A stretch of 43,404 bases of DNA from Macrostomum lignano. Lineage: Eukaryota. How positions within the stretch are numbered: the first letter of the stretch is position 1; every line of letters starts with the position of its first letter. Below the pieces are notes generated by a model. It was not told the origin of the DNA, did not search any database, and worked only from the letters and a program-made list of their open reading frames with translations. Below, one piece after another: positions 24,901 to 35,860 of this stretch. Made by a program: the position numbers and the translations under genes. Location of the stretch: assembly GCA_002269645.1 (NCBI GenBank), contig NIVC01003809.1, positions 1-43,404 on the forward strand, given 5' to 3'.

Positions 24901-25484
24901 TTTTATGTTTAGCATTTTGGGTTTTTAAGATATTTTAATAAAAAATCATTTTGCACTACTAAGATTCGAACCCAGTTTGCTACATTAGCAGTCCAGTCTG
25001 TTCGCATCTATGCTATCTCTTGTCAATTGGAGAACATGAATTGTGGCCCTTATAATTCAATCCTTACAGCAAGTCAGTTATAGTAAAAAGTTATGACATA
25101 ATCAATTTCTCAGTCAGCCAGTATCAGTCTCAATTTAAGTTAGCAATATGGTTACGCAAATTCAATCAAGTCGTGTGTGCATTTCTTCGACACTGTTTTC
25201 AACTTGTTGTGATGCAATCTTTATCACAATCGGAATTCAGCCAGTCAGTTTTTTCTAGCATTCTTACAATGCATTTCAAGTCGAAAATTTTGCTTGACCT
25301 TTGCAAAAAGCATGTTTTTCGAATGTTTAATCCCTTTAACATTGAGAAATTTCTTAGCCAAGATGCATGTACCGTCCCAGGAAAATTTCTGATCGAACGG
25401 TGCAAGTTCGAAGAAAATTTGTTGAGCCGTTTTTTCTGAAATCGATCGCATACCCACAGACAACTCATTTTTAGTATATGGGAA

Positions 25485-25666
25485 AGCTACCTTGCTCCCC
25501 CCTGGTCAGGCATACTGCAACACCCTAAGTTTGAGTAGATAAAGCTACCTTGCTCCCCTGGTCAGGCATACTGCAATACCCTAAGTTGAGTAGATAAAGC
25601 TACCTTGCTCCCCCCTGGTCAGGCATACTGCAATACCCTAACTTGAGTAGATAAAGCTACCTTGCT
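25485..25666 (-). repeat. ~57-bp donor-containing repeat, proximal block (true donor + 3 copies)
   Basis: The unit starts with the last 6 exon nt; readthrough gives VALSTQVRVLQYA-stop. Confidence 0.95.
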
Positions 25667-26020
25667 GTTGGGGTCGATGTGCTGAAACGGACAGTCCTTG
25701 TTGAGGCACTGGCCGAACTTAGTGAAGAAGTAGCACTCGGGCATTTTTGACATGTCAAACTCGTGCAGGAATTCGCAGTCGTCGCCCTTCTTGCACAGGC
25801 CGCGCAGCCAGTGCTTGCAGACGACAGTTCGGTCGCCTTTGATATGCCGAAACGGGCAGGTGGCGCCCATGTGGCAGCCGCCGCGCAGGTAGAAGGTGCA
25901 GACGCCGCTGCCGGACTTGTCCATGCCGGGGTAGGGCAGCGGCTGCAGGCCGATCTGCTGCTCCAGCTGCGTCTCGATGTAAAAATCGATATCGCTGACC
26001 TCGGATATGAGATCCTCCAT
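25661..26020 (-). CDS. CPSF4: CPSF30 exon 1: N-terminus and ZF1-ZF3 (120 aa)
   Basis: MEDLISEVSDIDFYIETQLEQQIGLQPLPYPGMDKSGSGVC..VCKHWLRGLCKKGDDCEFLHEFDMSKMPECYFFTKFGQCLNKDCPFQHIDP, highly similar to animal CPSF4. Confidence 0.97.
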
Positions 26021-26147
26021 GGCTGGCTCAGTGCCAATAGACGGTTGATAGCTGGATACAGATAGGCAGCGCCAAGGCAAACTGAATATGCAATAATGGA
26101 AGCCGTGAGGAACTGAGGAATCTCCCCTTTAGCAATTTTCGCTGCTG

Positions 26148-26435
26148 CATTGGAGCAGAGAAACACCAGCACACGAAGTCAAGAAGGGGGTAGAACTATC
26201 TGTTGTGCCCCACCCCCCCCCCTGCATTGGAGCAGAGAAACACCAGCACACGAACTCAAGAAGAGGGTAGAACTATCTGTTGTGCCCCCCCAGCTTCATT
26301 GGAGCAGAGAAACACCAGCACACGAACTCAAGAAGAGGGTAGAACTATCTGTTGTGCCTCCCAGCTTCATTGGAGCAGAGAAACACCAGCACACGAAGTC
26401 AAGAAGGGGGTAGAACTATCTGTTGTGCCCCCCCC
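26148..26435. repeat. ~71-77-bp minisatellite, 4 copies, ~130 bp upstream of the CPSF30 ATG
   Basis: Unit CATTGGAGCAGAGAAACACCAGCACACGAA..TATCTGTTGTGCCCCCC at 26148, 26225, 26297, 26368. Confidence 0.9.
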
Positions 26436-27409
26436 CAAAAAGCAAGTTGCGGGGTCTTAAGACTTGAGAAATTCAATGTATATCCTGGTAAAAAAGGCTA
26501 AAAGGCTTAGTAGCCCTACTGATGAAGAGAAATGAGGAATGGTATCATTATTCCAATTCTGAATATTGAACAGGTTTCTATAGGCATCTTTCTTGAATTC
26601 AATGCAATAAACTTATGATGCCACCCTTTGCTAAGCATATGCCCATTTTTTATGATAGCTATGACAAAAATTAAGAAAATGACTATTGATTTAAGGGTAT
26701 AATTTTTTTAACAGGGATACTTTGTATAAACACCTAACTTCAATTGAAATGTTCCTTTTAGCTATAACATATATAAAGTTTATAAAGTATATAAACTTGT
26801 TCAAATAGACAAAAAAAATATATATTATTAATATATTTAATATATTATATATATAATAATAGGCCTAATATTATTATTTATATTATATATGTTGTTGTTA
26901 TATAATTGACATATTATTATGGTCCCATGGGCTACAATAAAACCTAGGACAGCCTAGGTCTAACTAATAATAATTTTAGCTTAAAGGATATATCTTATCC
27001 AACTATTAGATACCTTCAGGGTCAAAATTTGATTTAACAAGCAAACAGTATATATAGTAAGTAGAGAAGAGAAAATATAAAAATACATGTAATTTGATTG
27101 AGTGTTGATGGTTTGAAAAACTTATACATAGGCCATATTAACAGAAAGTAGAAACAATATTGGTAGGGGGAGAATGCACATTGGTTTTGTTCCAGTCCAG
27201 TTATTTGCAAGGTCAACTAAAATATACAGAGTTTATGGCTAGCCCTACCCATTGCAATTTGGTTATTTAATGTGGGCTCTCTCATTTTAATGTATGGGGT
27301 TTCTAGACAGAGCATATGATTTCTATTGTAAAAATCAATAGCCTTAATCATTTCATATAGGTTAACATTATAACAATTGTTGCATATATATTAGTAGCTG
27401 TTTATTAAT

Positions 27410-27674
27410 CATACATGCGCAACAGTCGGCCGAGTCGAAGAAGTCGCAAAAATGCCCACCTGAAAAAATAATCAAGTAGTAGTACTAAGTAGCTGACGAG
27501 GCATTTTGGCTTAATAAGCCAGTCATAGTTACTCCTGCCGTTTACCCAAAATTGCGTTAATTTTGCTTTAGGGTTTTTTTACATGTAAGTTGCATTTTTG
27601 GCCAAAAACTACGTCGCATTTTTGTTAAAACTAAGTCGCATGGCCGACCGAATTTCAGAGGTTGCGCATGTATG
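27410..27674. mobile_element. MITE with 8-bp TSD (P-element- or hAT-type), 265 bp
   Basis: Perfect 14-bp TIR CATACATGCGCAAC; TSD TTATTAAT at 27402-27409 and 27675-27682. Confidence 0.88.
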
Positions 27675-27809
27675 TTATTAATGGCAGAGTTTTTTAGCCA
27701 GTGATCTCTAACTCTCATGCATAAGTGTCATTTAGTTTTTCCAATATAGGAGATTTTCTAGTCTTCAGAGCAAATAAATTTATATACAACACTTGCCATG
27801 ACTATGAGA

Positions 27810-29660
27810 AGACAAGGAACACTAGATTTTAGCCAATAAACTCAGCAAACTTTTAGGTCAATATGAAACACAACATGGATTTGAGCATTTATTTCAAGAC
27901 TATGGAGCAGCTTTATAGAATAGCTCTATCTTGAGAGACAGTCCCTTGATCACTTTACCTTTCTTGGTGGTGTTTATTTGGGTGCAATCCATTTTGGCAA
28001 AGGAATTTTTGGCAAAAGATGATTTAGCAAAAGTGAATTTTTAGTTTAAACAAATATATTTTTTGGCAAAATAAAGTGACCAGTTTGGCAAAAAGATTAG
28101 CTACATATATAATTGCAAATATACCACTTAGGTGATTGAGAAGCTTTTAATAAATTATTCATTGCTACAAATTATTTGCAATTAGAAAATTTAAAAACTC
28201 ATGACTTTGCTTGTAGCTATGCTATGTACATGTATTAGCCCATTCCATATAAGATAGACAAATTTGGAAAATAGAAAAAAGTCAATATTTTTGCTTGTCA
28301 TTGCCTTATCAGCCAATTTTTTTACCAAATCTTTTTTGTATGTAATGTATACAATCTAAGAATAAATAAATTATAAAATGTTGGATTAGTATGTTATCAA
28401 TTGGCAAAAAGTTATTTTTGTAAAAAATTGGACATTTTCTAAGCAAACGACATAATTAAGTTTATGTACCTTTTAAAAACAAATAGAAAGCTTTAAAAGG
28501 TTAAAACAAACTATATATAAAATTATAGTACTTGCATCATCAGATAAAACATTAGCAACCATATAATCTATAATATTTTTAATATATTAGTACCTCAGTT
28601 ACTGAATTGACAGAAAAAAATATGCTACGACCATAATGTTACGACCATAAGGCTGCCTTTTCTTTTGTATCTTTGTTGCCTTTTTGAGTTTATATATTCT
28701 AATAAAAAAGTATGACTCTAAAGATGTTCTTAGTCAAATTTTAAAAAAATTATTGCAAAAAATCAAAAATGAAAAATGTTATAAGACTTTTACCTTTTAG
28801 TTTCTATATGTCAAAAATCCTATTGTTATGACCATAAGTGCCATTCAAGGTCCAATAGCATCTATACTAATGATGATATCTATATGAAACTTTATAAACA
28901 TATTCTTGACAAAATAATCTTTCATTCAAAATATTGGTTTAGTATATTCTATTATTAGATTTCATTTTATAAGTAAAAATAGTCTATCATGTTACAATCA
29001 TAATTATATGGAATGGTCCCATTCTATCAATAACAATAGGGTCTATGCAATTGATAGATTAGGGATAAATAAGTCAGAAGACACCAACGGTATAGTTTTT
29101 CATTTCCATTTCCTAAAATTGTGCTTTGAAATCCTTGTAATGGAATGGCACTTACTAATAAAACAACTGAATTAAACTACAACAAAACTAAAACATGTTA
29201 TGATAAAATTAAAGCCTTTATAAAGTTGGTTGTTTTTTAACTTTCTTTTAAAACAACAAAACTTATCACCAACAGCCAGGAACAAATATTTCACTAAAAG
29301 GAAATGCTTATCCCCATGGTCCCATGCCAATAATTCCAATTCCAATAAGCTGCTATGGGGATAAGCTAGAAATTATTGACACAGATCCATGTGGATAAAA
29401 TTGGAATTAGGCTTGTTTGTATGGGACTGTGGGGATAAGCACTTCCTCGCCCAAATGGTCATTGTGAAAGTATTTTTTGCCATTATTGACTTTTGCCAAA
29501 GTGGGTTAAAACCATTTATTCTAGGCCCCAATTAAGTTTAAAGAGAATATTGAAAAGCTGTTCCATGAAGACTTAAATACTCAAATCTATGTTGTGTTTC
29601 ACATTGAAAAGGTTGCTAAGTTTGTCTATAGGCTGAAATCTAGTGTTCCTTGTGTTTGAA
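27810..29660. mobile_element. Old, diverged long-TIR (foldback-like) element or inverted pair of a dispersed repeat
   Basis: 27812-27925 aligns by eye to the reverse complement of 29548-29655; TTGGCAAA motifs at 27990-28095 mirrored by TTTGCCA at 29475-29500; small internal IR 29300-29325/29421-29446; ends and TSD not resolvable. Confidence 0.45.
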
Positions 29661-30246
29661 ATCCAATGTTCAAAACAAAAAGCAAGTACTAGCTACTAGG
29701 CCTAGGCATGGATCTAATTCTAAATTAAAAAAAACAAATGTAGTATTAGTAATAACTGAATAAGAGATAGGCCCCCTAGTAGATTAAATAAAAATATAAA
29801 AAATATAGGCTATGCCTAGGCCTATTAGGCCTATGCCTATTAGGCCTATGCTTACAGACTACAGTGCACTACACTGATTGAGTCAATCAGTTGATTGATG
29901 TCTATGGTTAGGCCTAGTACCCACCTGAGTAGGGCCTATCATAAGCTAGTTATTATACCATGGCCAGTGATAGGCCTAATAGAGCCTCATATTTTAGGGG
30001 GGGGGGGTACCAGGCATAGGGCAAGGGGGCATAGGTACCTTTTTAAGCTGCTAATTAGGGCCTAAAATCAGAAAAGCACTAAAAATTACTTTGTGGACTC
30101 ATTTTCTGGGGGGCACATGCCTTGATGCAGCAAGCTCCTACCACCCATGACTATGACCTTGGCTTTGTGCCTACTAGGCACTTATTCTTGCCTTTTAATG
30201 CCATAGACTACATGTAAGCCTGCTTAAGTATGCTTAAGTAAGTATA

Positions 30247-31709
30247 AGATATTCTATGGGTTTGAGGTCGGTATATGATTAAATCCCGAGAGCCAAAGGC
30301 TCAAGAGATTTTTAAGTGAAATAGGCCTACTGACTGAAAAGGCAGTTGTTATTTGTCTGGTGACTGGACAACTAGTGATGTGGTTATTTGTCCAGTTACT
30401 GGATAATGGCCATGCTTTGATGTTCATCTGGTTAATACTGGACAAATAGGCTTTTTATTATTTGTCTGGTTAAATTGATAATGCTAAAATATCTGATTTA
30501 TAGAAACTACAAGGGTGACTATTCCTAGACTTCAAAGACTTCTTACTCATCGTCATATCTTGATTATTATGTTGTTATACAAGTGTATTTCTTATATGCC
30601 AAATTATGCTGAATTGAATACACTGCTTTCTTTCTTATGTTCCAGGTGTGTTTCCTGTGCACCGAGAATCCCACTAATCACCACCAAGTTGTTCTAGGGG
30701 TAACTTCTGTCCCTACAAATGATGTCACCACTGTTACCAAAGTTGTTACAGGGCTAATTTACTATTCTCTTAAGTGTTCTTCTTAGGTTGGTAGCTGCCA
30801 CCAAGATTATTCTATTAATAAATTATGAGTTTATCAATATTAGAATAATCTGAAAAATGTTTCTTAGAATAGGTCTGAGTATTTAGTCTGAGTATTTAGT
30901 CTGAGTATTAGTCTGAGTATTAGTCTGAGTATTCAGTCTGAGTATTTGTCTTAGAAAAACTGTTAGCCCTGAAAGATTTTACTCTTCTGATTATTCTGGT
31001 AGCGTTCTATTATTCTGGTAGCGTTCTTCTTAATAATGGCCTGAGCGGTATTTTGGCTTACTGGTATATGTATTTCATGTACTTTGCAAGTCCTTGGGCG
31101 TTACCGAGATCAGAGGGTCACAGCCTCCGTTATTCTTACACGTCTTACTTCAGATCTACTTCGCAACTTCTTACTACTCAACACTTTCCTTCTTAGTAGT
31201 ATATATGGTACACACCTTCGTCTACTTCACTCTTACTTCTTAAAGGAATGAATACAGAAAAACACTTCTTCAATTCTTATTTTCTCGGAACTCTTCTATT
31301 TGCTATCAATTGCTTATTGTGAACCGCAATGCGCGAGGTTGCTTCTTCCTCCGCCAAATTTGCTTGTATTTATACTAATTTTACTCATAGATTAAAACAA
31401 AAATTATATTTGTAAAATATTATGAGAAAATCGTACAGTATAACAAACTATTTACTTAGCGTTTAGGCACGAATTTAAAAACATTACTCGTACAATTATA
31501 GATCGCCCTGCACACTTACATATGTATACTAGTATACAACAAAAAAATACATGAAAAGGTCTTAAAAATCTAGAACTAGAATATTCATCACGAAACAAAT
31601 AGCAATTTAAACAGTTAGCAATTTAACTGGACAAATAGTAAAAAGGCTATTTGTCCAATCACCGGACAAATAACTGCCGACTAAAAAACCTATAGGCCAT
31701 AGAATATCT
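30247..31709. mobile_element. Possible non-autonomous TIR element with TA flanks
   Basis: TA|AGATATTCTATGG ... CCATAGAATATCT|TA; mirrored GGACAAATA subterminal motifs at 30340-30480 and 31615-31680; internal (GTCTGAGTATTTA)n at 30872-30950. Confidence 0.45.
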
Positions 31710-31731
31710 TATTTAAACTACTTTAATTTTG

Positions 31732-32015
31732 GGTAATGGCTAGAGTTCTGGCACCAGAACCCGTTTTCCAATGGCTATGGATCCGGCAGTATACTGCAAG
31801 CAGTTATCTACTAATGAAGTCTGAACATTAGAAGTATCTTGTTTTGACTCTCATCGTTTCGTTTTGATCTTATCTTGAGCAAAATCCCAATATCAACAAC
31901 CCGTTAAAAAAATGTTTCTGCTATATTATACACATAAATTGCACTACTGAAATACTACTGCCGGATCCATAGCCATTAGAAAATTGGTTCCGGTGCTGGA
32001 ACTCTAGCCATTGCC
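31732..32015. mobile_element. MITE with ~60-bp TIRs and 9-bp TSD (Merlin- or Mutator-type), 284 bp
   Basis: TIR GGTAATGGCTAGAGTTC.. / ..GAACTCTAGCCATTGCC; TSD TTAATTTTG at 31723-31731 and 32016-32024. Confidence 0.85.
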
Positions 32016-32335
32016 TTAATTTTGTGGGATGTATTTAGATAAATCCCGGAGCCATACTTGTATGTCTATGGTTGAAGTTGGGGATGGGGGTGTGAGGGCA
32101 AAGCCCCTGCTGGGGGTTCTTACCATAGACAAAATTTCATTAAGAAATTTCTCGAGTCACAAAGGAAGAGAAGAAAGAAAAGCTTGCTTATTTAGATACA
32201 TACAATAATCCTTACAATATGTCCATGAAAGTGATTGATTAAATCCCACAAAATAAAATCTATGTCAATAACCTTCCTGAAAGTGAGCTTTAAAGTGGTT
32301 TAATGCTTTAAACTTACTTTAATGCAAATTAGCGT

Positions 32336-32814
32336 GGCATAGTTCTAGTTTACTTCGTTATATTATTTAATAATTCTACTTTACTTCGTTATATTAATTT
32401 CATGTATTTTCTTGCAATGCCACATGCTACTCGGGACCTGTATCATCACCGATGGCTGGCTGGCCTATGCTGGGCTACAGAATCACGCAGTGGTAAACCA
32501 CCGTCTATATATTTCATGGATCCGGCTGACCCAACAGTGCACACAAACCACATCGAGGGGATGTGGGCCCTGGCCAAAAGGCGCCTATGTGCCATGCATG
32601 GAATGAGTGACGCGCTTCTTGAGGCCCATCTTGAGGAGTACATCTGGCGCTGCATGTACCATAACAACCCCTTTGGCGCCGTGCTGTACTGGGCCTCTGT
32701 TTATTATCCTGTTTAGGACTTGACTTGACCTTGAACCTGAAATTGATAGAAAAACAGGGTAAACTAATTTAATGAAAGGCAGAATAATATAACGAAGTAA
32801 ACTAGAACTATGCC
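32336..32814 (+). mobile_element. Internally deleted Merlin (IS1016/IS1595-like) transposon, 479 bp
   Basis: 33-bp TIR GGCATAGTTCTAGTTTACTTCGTTATATTATT; CAAATTAGC at 32325-32333 and 32815-32823; frameshifted IITDGWLAY..HAVVNH / FMDP..VHTNHIEGMW..KRRL..HLEEYIWR. Confidence 0.88.
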
Positions 32815-34391
32815 CAAATTAGCAGGCAGTTAATGACATTTAACGCCCGATTATTCTGTCCCACTTTGTCAAGGACACAAATGTCTATGGCACAATAATA
32901 GTAATACCCATGCTTTGCGGGCGTTAATGAGAAATCCTGGGGCGCCTGTACTATTACATTTACTAGGTTTTTATTTAGCTGGGCAGCATACCTAATTATT
33001 TATATCGTGTAACGTGTTATTGAAAATACCAGTTTGTACATTTCGATTCTAGCAACACGTACTAGACTAGATACGAAAGCATTGGAAAAGAATACCGACC
33101 TTTGAACAAATTGATTATGACAAGTGACAAGCGAGCCGTGAGCCGTGTTAATTCGACGAATTCGCAAAAAAATTAAAACGTGTACCGAATTTTTTATTTA
33201 TTAAAATTATAAAACAAATTTTAACACTTTAAGAGGAAGTCATGAAGTTTAAGTACGTTTGCATAGTTGTGCGGACATTTTTTATTTTAAAAAAATGACA
33301 GTATTGATTTTATTTAAAGTACAATATTATATACTGCAAACTTTTTAACTTCGTGTCACGCGGTATATTATTTTAATAAATGTATTTTAAAAACATTATC
33401 CTACTGAATCCTACTAGTAGGCTGAAAAAAACCGTAAAAATTCCAGACGCTCTTTCAAATACCTTACTTATACAAATATCGTAATTCGTTTTCAGCGATC
33501 GTGTAAAATATTTGTTAACAAATACTAAATACATCGTATAATACTGGCAAAACAGGCTCCTTGCCTGAGCCAAATTTACTACTACTACTACTGCAAATAT
33601 ACATAGTAAATGATTTATTAGTCATTTATTTTTTAAGGAATTTCTACATAAATTTTATACAGATTCAGAGCTGGCATTGTCATCGTGGCATGTATCAATA
33701 TATGAGCATGAACATGATGCATGATGCATACTCAACCTTCCTAGGCCTACCTATGTTGCCATGCAACTCAGTTAAAAATAAGACTGTTTTGGCTTCTTGG
33801 ACTTCTTTTTTTCCTTTGTTTCGTTAGCTCTTATTTAATTAATTTTTCATTTTTTTATTCTTTTGTTCTTTGTTCTCTTGCCTTGCTTCTTTTTTATCAT
33901 TTTGTCTTTGCATTTTCGGAACATAATTTTTGTAACTTACCTTGGCTATTAATCTTTTTACCTATCTAGATTGTCTTAGTTTTCCAAGGGTTAGCCTATG
34001 CCTTTGTATAGCCATGTTTATAAAAGCTAAAACAGTATAATGATAGGGTCATAGTCTTGTTAGCAATATAACAAGATATAAGCCAGGCTTATAATAAATC
34101 ATTTTTTATATAGAAATCTAAAGGGGCCATAGCCTATAGGTCTAGTGTAGTAGGCCCCCCTATATTAATGTGGAGCTATCAATAAATTAGAATTGTAAGT
34201 TTTTATCTATTTGGTAAATTTTTAAATACCCTTTATAGCTTTAGTACTATCCCTAAAGCCAAAGGCATAGTATCTTAGTTAGGGCCTATCTTATCTTGTT
34301 TTATCTTTTCTTAATGATAAATAAATTTAAGGCCATTGTATACTTCTGAGTGTTTTCTAATTTAAACTTACCTATGAGTTTACTTATATAG

Positions 34392-35860
34392 CATGGTGAC
34401 CACACCTGCACTATTTTAGTATTTTGCACTATTTTTATTTTTCTGCTCAATTGCACAACTATTTTTTAAATACACTAATAAATTTCACTAACTGCTCAAA
34501 AACTTAGAGAAGTTGGTTCAACGTGAAGCTACGCAGCGCAAGTTCAACGTTGAACCTGCTATCAGCCGCTCTTGACCAGGTTTGTAGCGACATGCTGCTC
34601 AGATTTGTTCGTCCTGACGTGGTGGAGGCGGCAACATCACTCTCCAATCTCTTCACTGCTGCAAAGGATCACTCTAACCAGCTAGTCAACGCTGAGCTGA
34701 GGAGCCAACATCAGGACCACTATTGGCCGCCTGCCCAAAATAGATCGAGTGGGCTTTTTAAGGCAGTGCGAGACTTCTATGTTGAGCTCACCAGTCGCTT
34801 CTTTGCCTACCTGCCATTGGAAAGCAAACTTCTACGAGCTTGCGCTTTGTTGACCCAAATCAACTGCTCGATCACCAATTGAATTTGGAAGAGACGGTCA
34901 TCCTGATTGCTAAGGCTATGCCGACTGTAATTGAACCCGCTCGTCTAGACGACCTGTGACTGGAGGTCATTAAATTGCGTTGAATGCTTTGATTGAGGAG
35001 CTTGCTAGAGTCAAAGAACTGGAGAAGTTCTGGGCCGCATTGCCATGTGAGGAATTTCTATGCCTACTGCATAGAAACGCCGACAGTGAGCGGGTCATCA
35101 AATGGATTGCCAACAATGTCACGAAGCAGCGAAACCAGCTGGCCGATTATACACTGGACTGTCCTTTGTCCATCAAGTCCTGGCTAAAGGGAAAAAGAGC
35201 CATCCGATTTTTGCACTGACCGCTCGCTGTTGGTCCTCAGCTTTGATGCCTGTGCAAACGCTGAAGCACGTGCTAAGGCAAAGGAGCGTGAAGAAGTAAT
35301 GAACCGCCTTCAGAAAAAGCTAAACATGCAGCGTCGGAAGGCCAATGAGCGGGAAAAGAAAAAAAGCAAGAGGACGGACGAAGCTTCTGAACAAAAGGTA
35401 AAATCAACGAAATGAGAAAACATATCTGGCACAGGAGATGCTCCAAAAGGCGGATCAATGAGATCAACAAACAAGAAGTGAATCGCTGGACGATAATACC
35501 AGTAAAAACTTAACGTCTATATTAATTTGAGTTAAGACATGATTTGAGATATGATTTGAGACTGAATGATTTGATTTGAATATGATTTGAAATTGGCGCA
35601 GTGAAGTGGGAAGTTTGGAATTTGGAAATACATAAAATCGTGTCAGTGTCACAGGGTTGTTGTCTGAGTTAAACAAATATATCACTGGATTCAAAAAAGT
35701 TTTTTAAAGGTTTTTGTGACTAGAAATGTAGTTTTTTTCTTTTCTGTTTGTTAATTATTTCACATAAAGCGATTTTTTTTCCAAAAAACAATGCCTAATG
35801 TTGCTGCTCAAAAAAATTTGTCCTGCTCAATTATTTTCAAAATGTGCTGTGGTCACACTG
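34392..35860 (+). mobile_element. Internally deleted hAT transposon, 1469 bp
   Basis: Imperfect TIR CATGGTGACCACA / TGTGGTCACACTG; 8-bp TSD TTATATAG at 34384-34391 and 35861-35868. Confidence 0.85.
34523..35415 (+). pseudogene. Decayed hAT transposase C-terminal half, including the dimerisation domain
   Basis: Fragments ..FFAYLPLESKLL.. and LCLLHRNADSERVIK..VTKQRNQL..TL (hATC motif LPHSNA.CERVFS..T..RN.L) broken by stops/frameshifts. Confidence 0.75.

Larger units (their letters stand above)
11567..25484 (-). mobile_element. ~13.9-kb non-autonomous Helitron-like element filled with satellite
   Basis: On the - strand ends CCCCC-AAC-GGGGG hairpin, ~10 nt, CTAG|T; begins (T)TCCC; inserted in the TTT of one 57-bp unit with no TSD (removing it rebuilds GGTAGCTTTATCTACTC); no RepHel ORF. 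Confidence 0.7.
10810..25660 (-). other. 14,851-bp GT-AG intron of CPSF30
   Basis: Donor AAG|GTAGCT at 25660, acceptor CAG at 10810; the spliced protein is collinear with known CPSF30. Confidence 0.93.

Noticed and set aside
11990-25172. CRISPR-like repeat/spacer array
   Set aside because: Spacers are copies of each other rather than unique, repeats are contiguous monomers, there are no cas genes, and the context is a eukaryotic intron
31040-31400. Decayed - strand reading frame inside the 30247-31709 element
   Set aside because: Short stop-interrupted stretches with no recognisable motif
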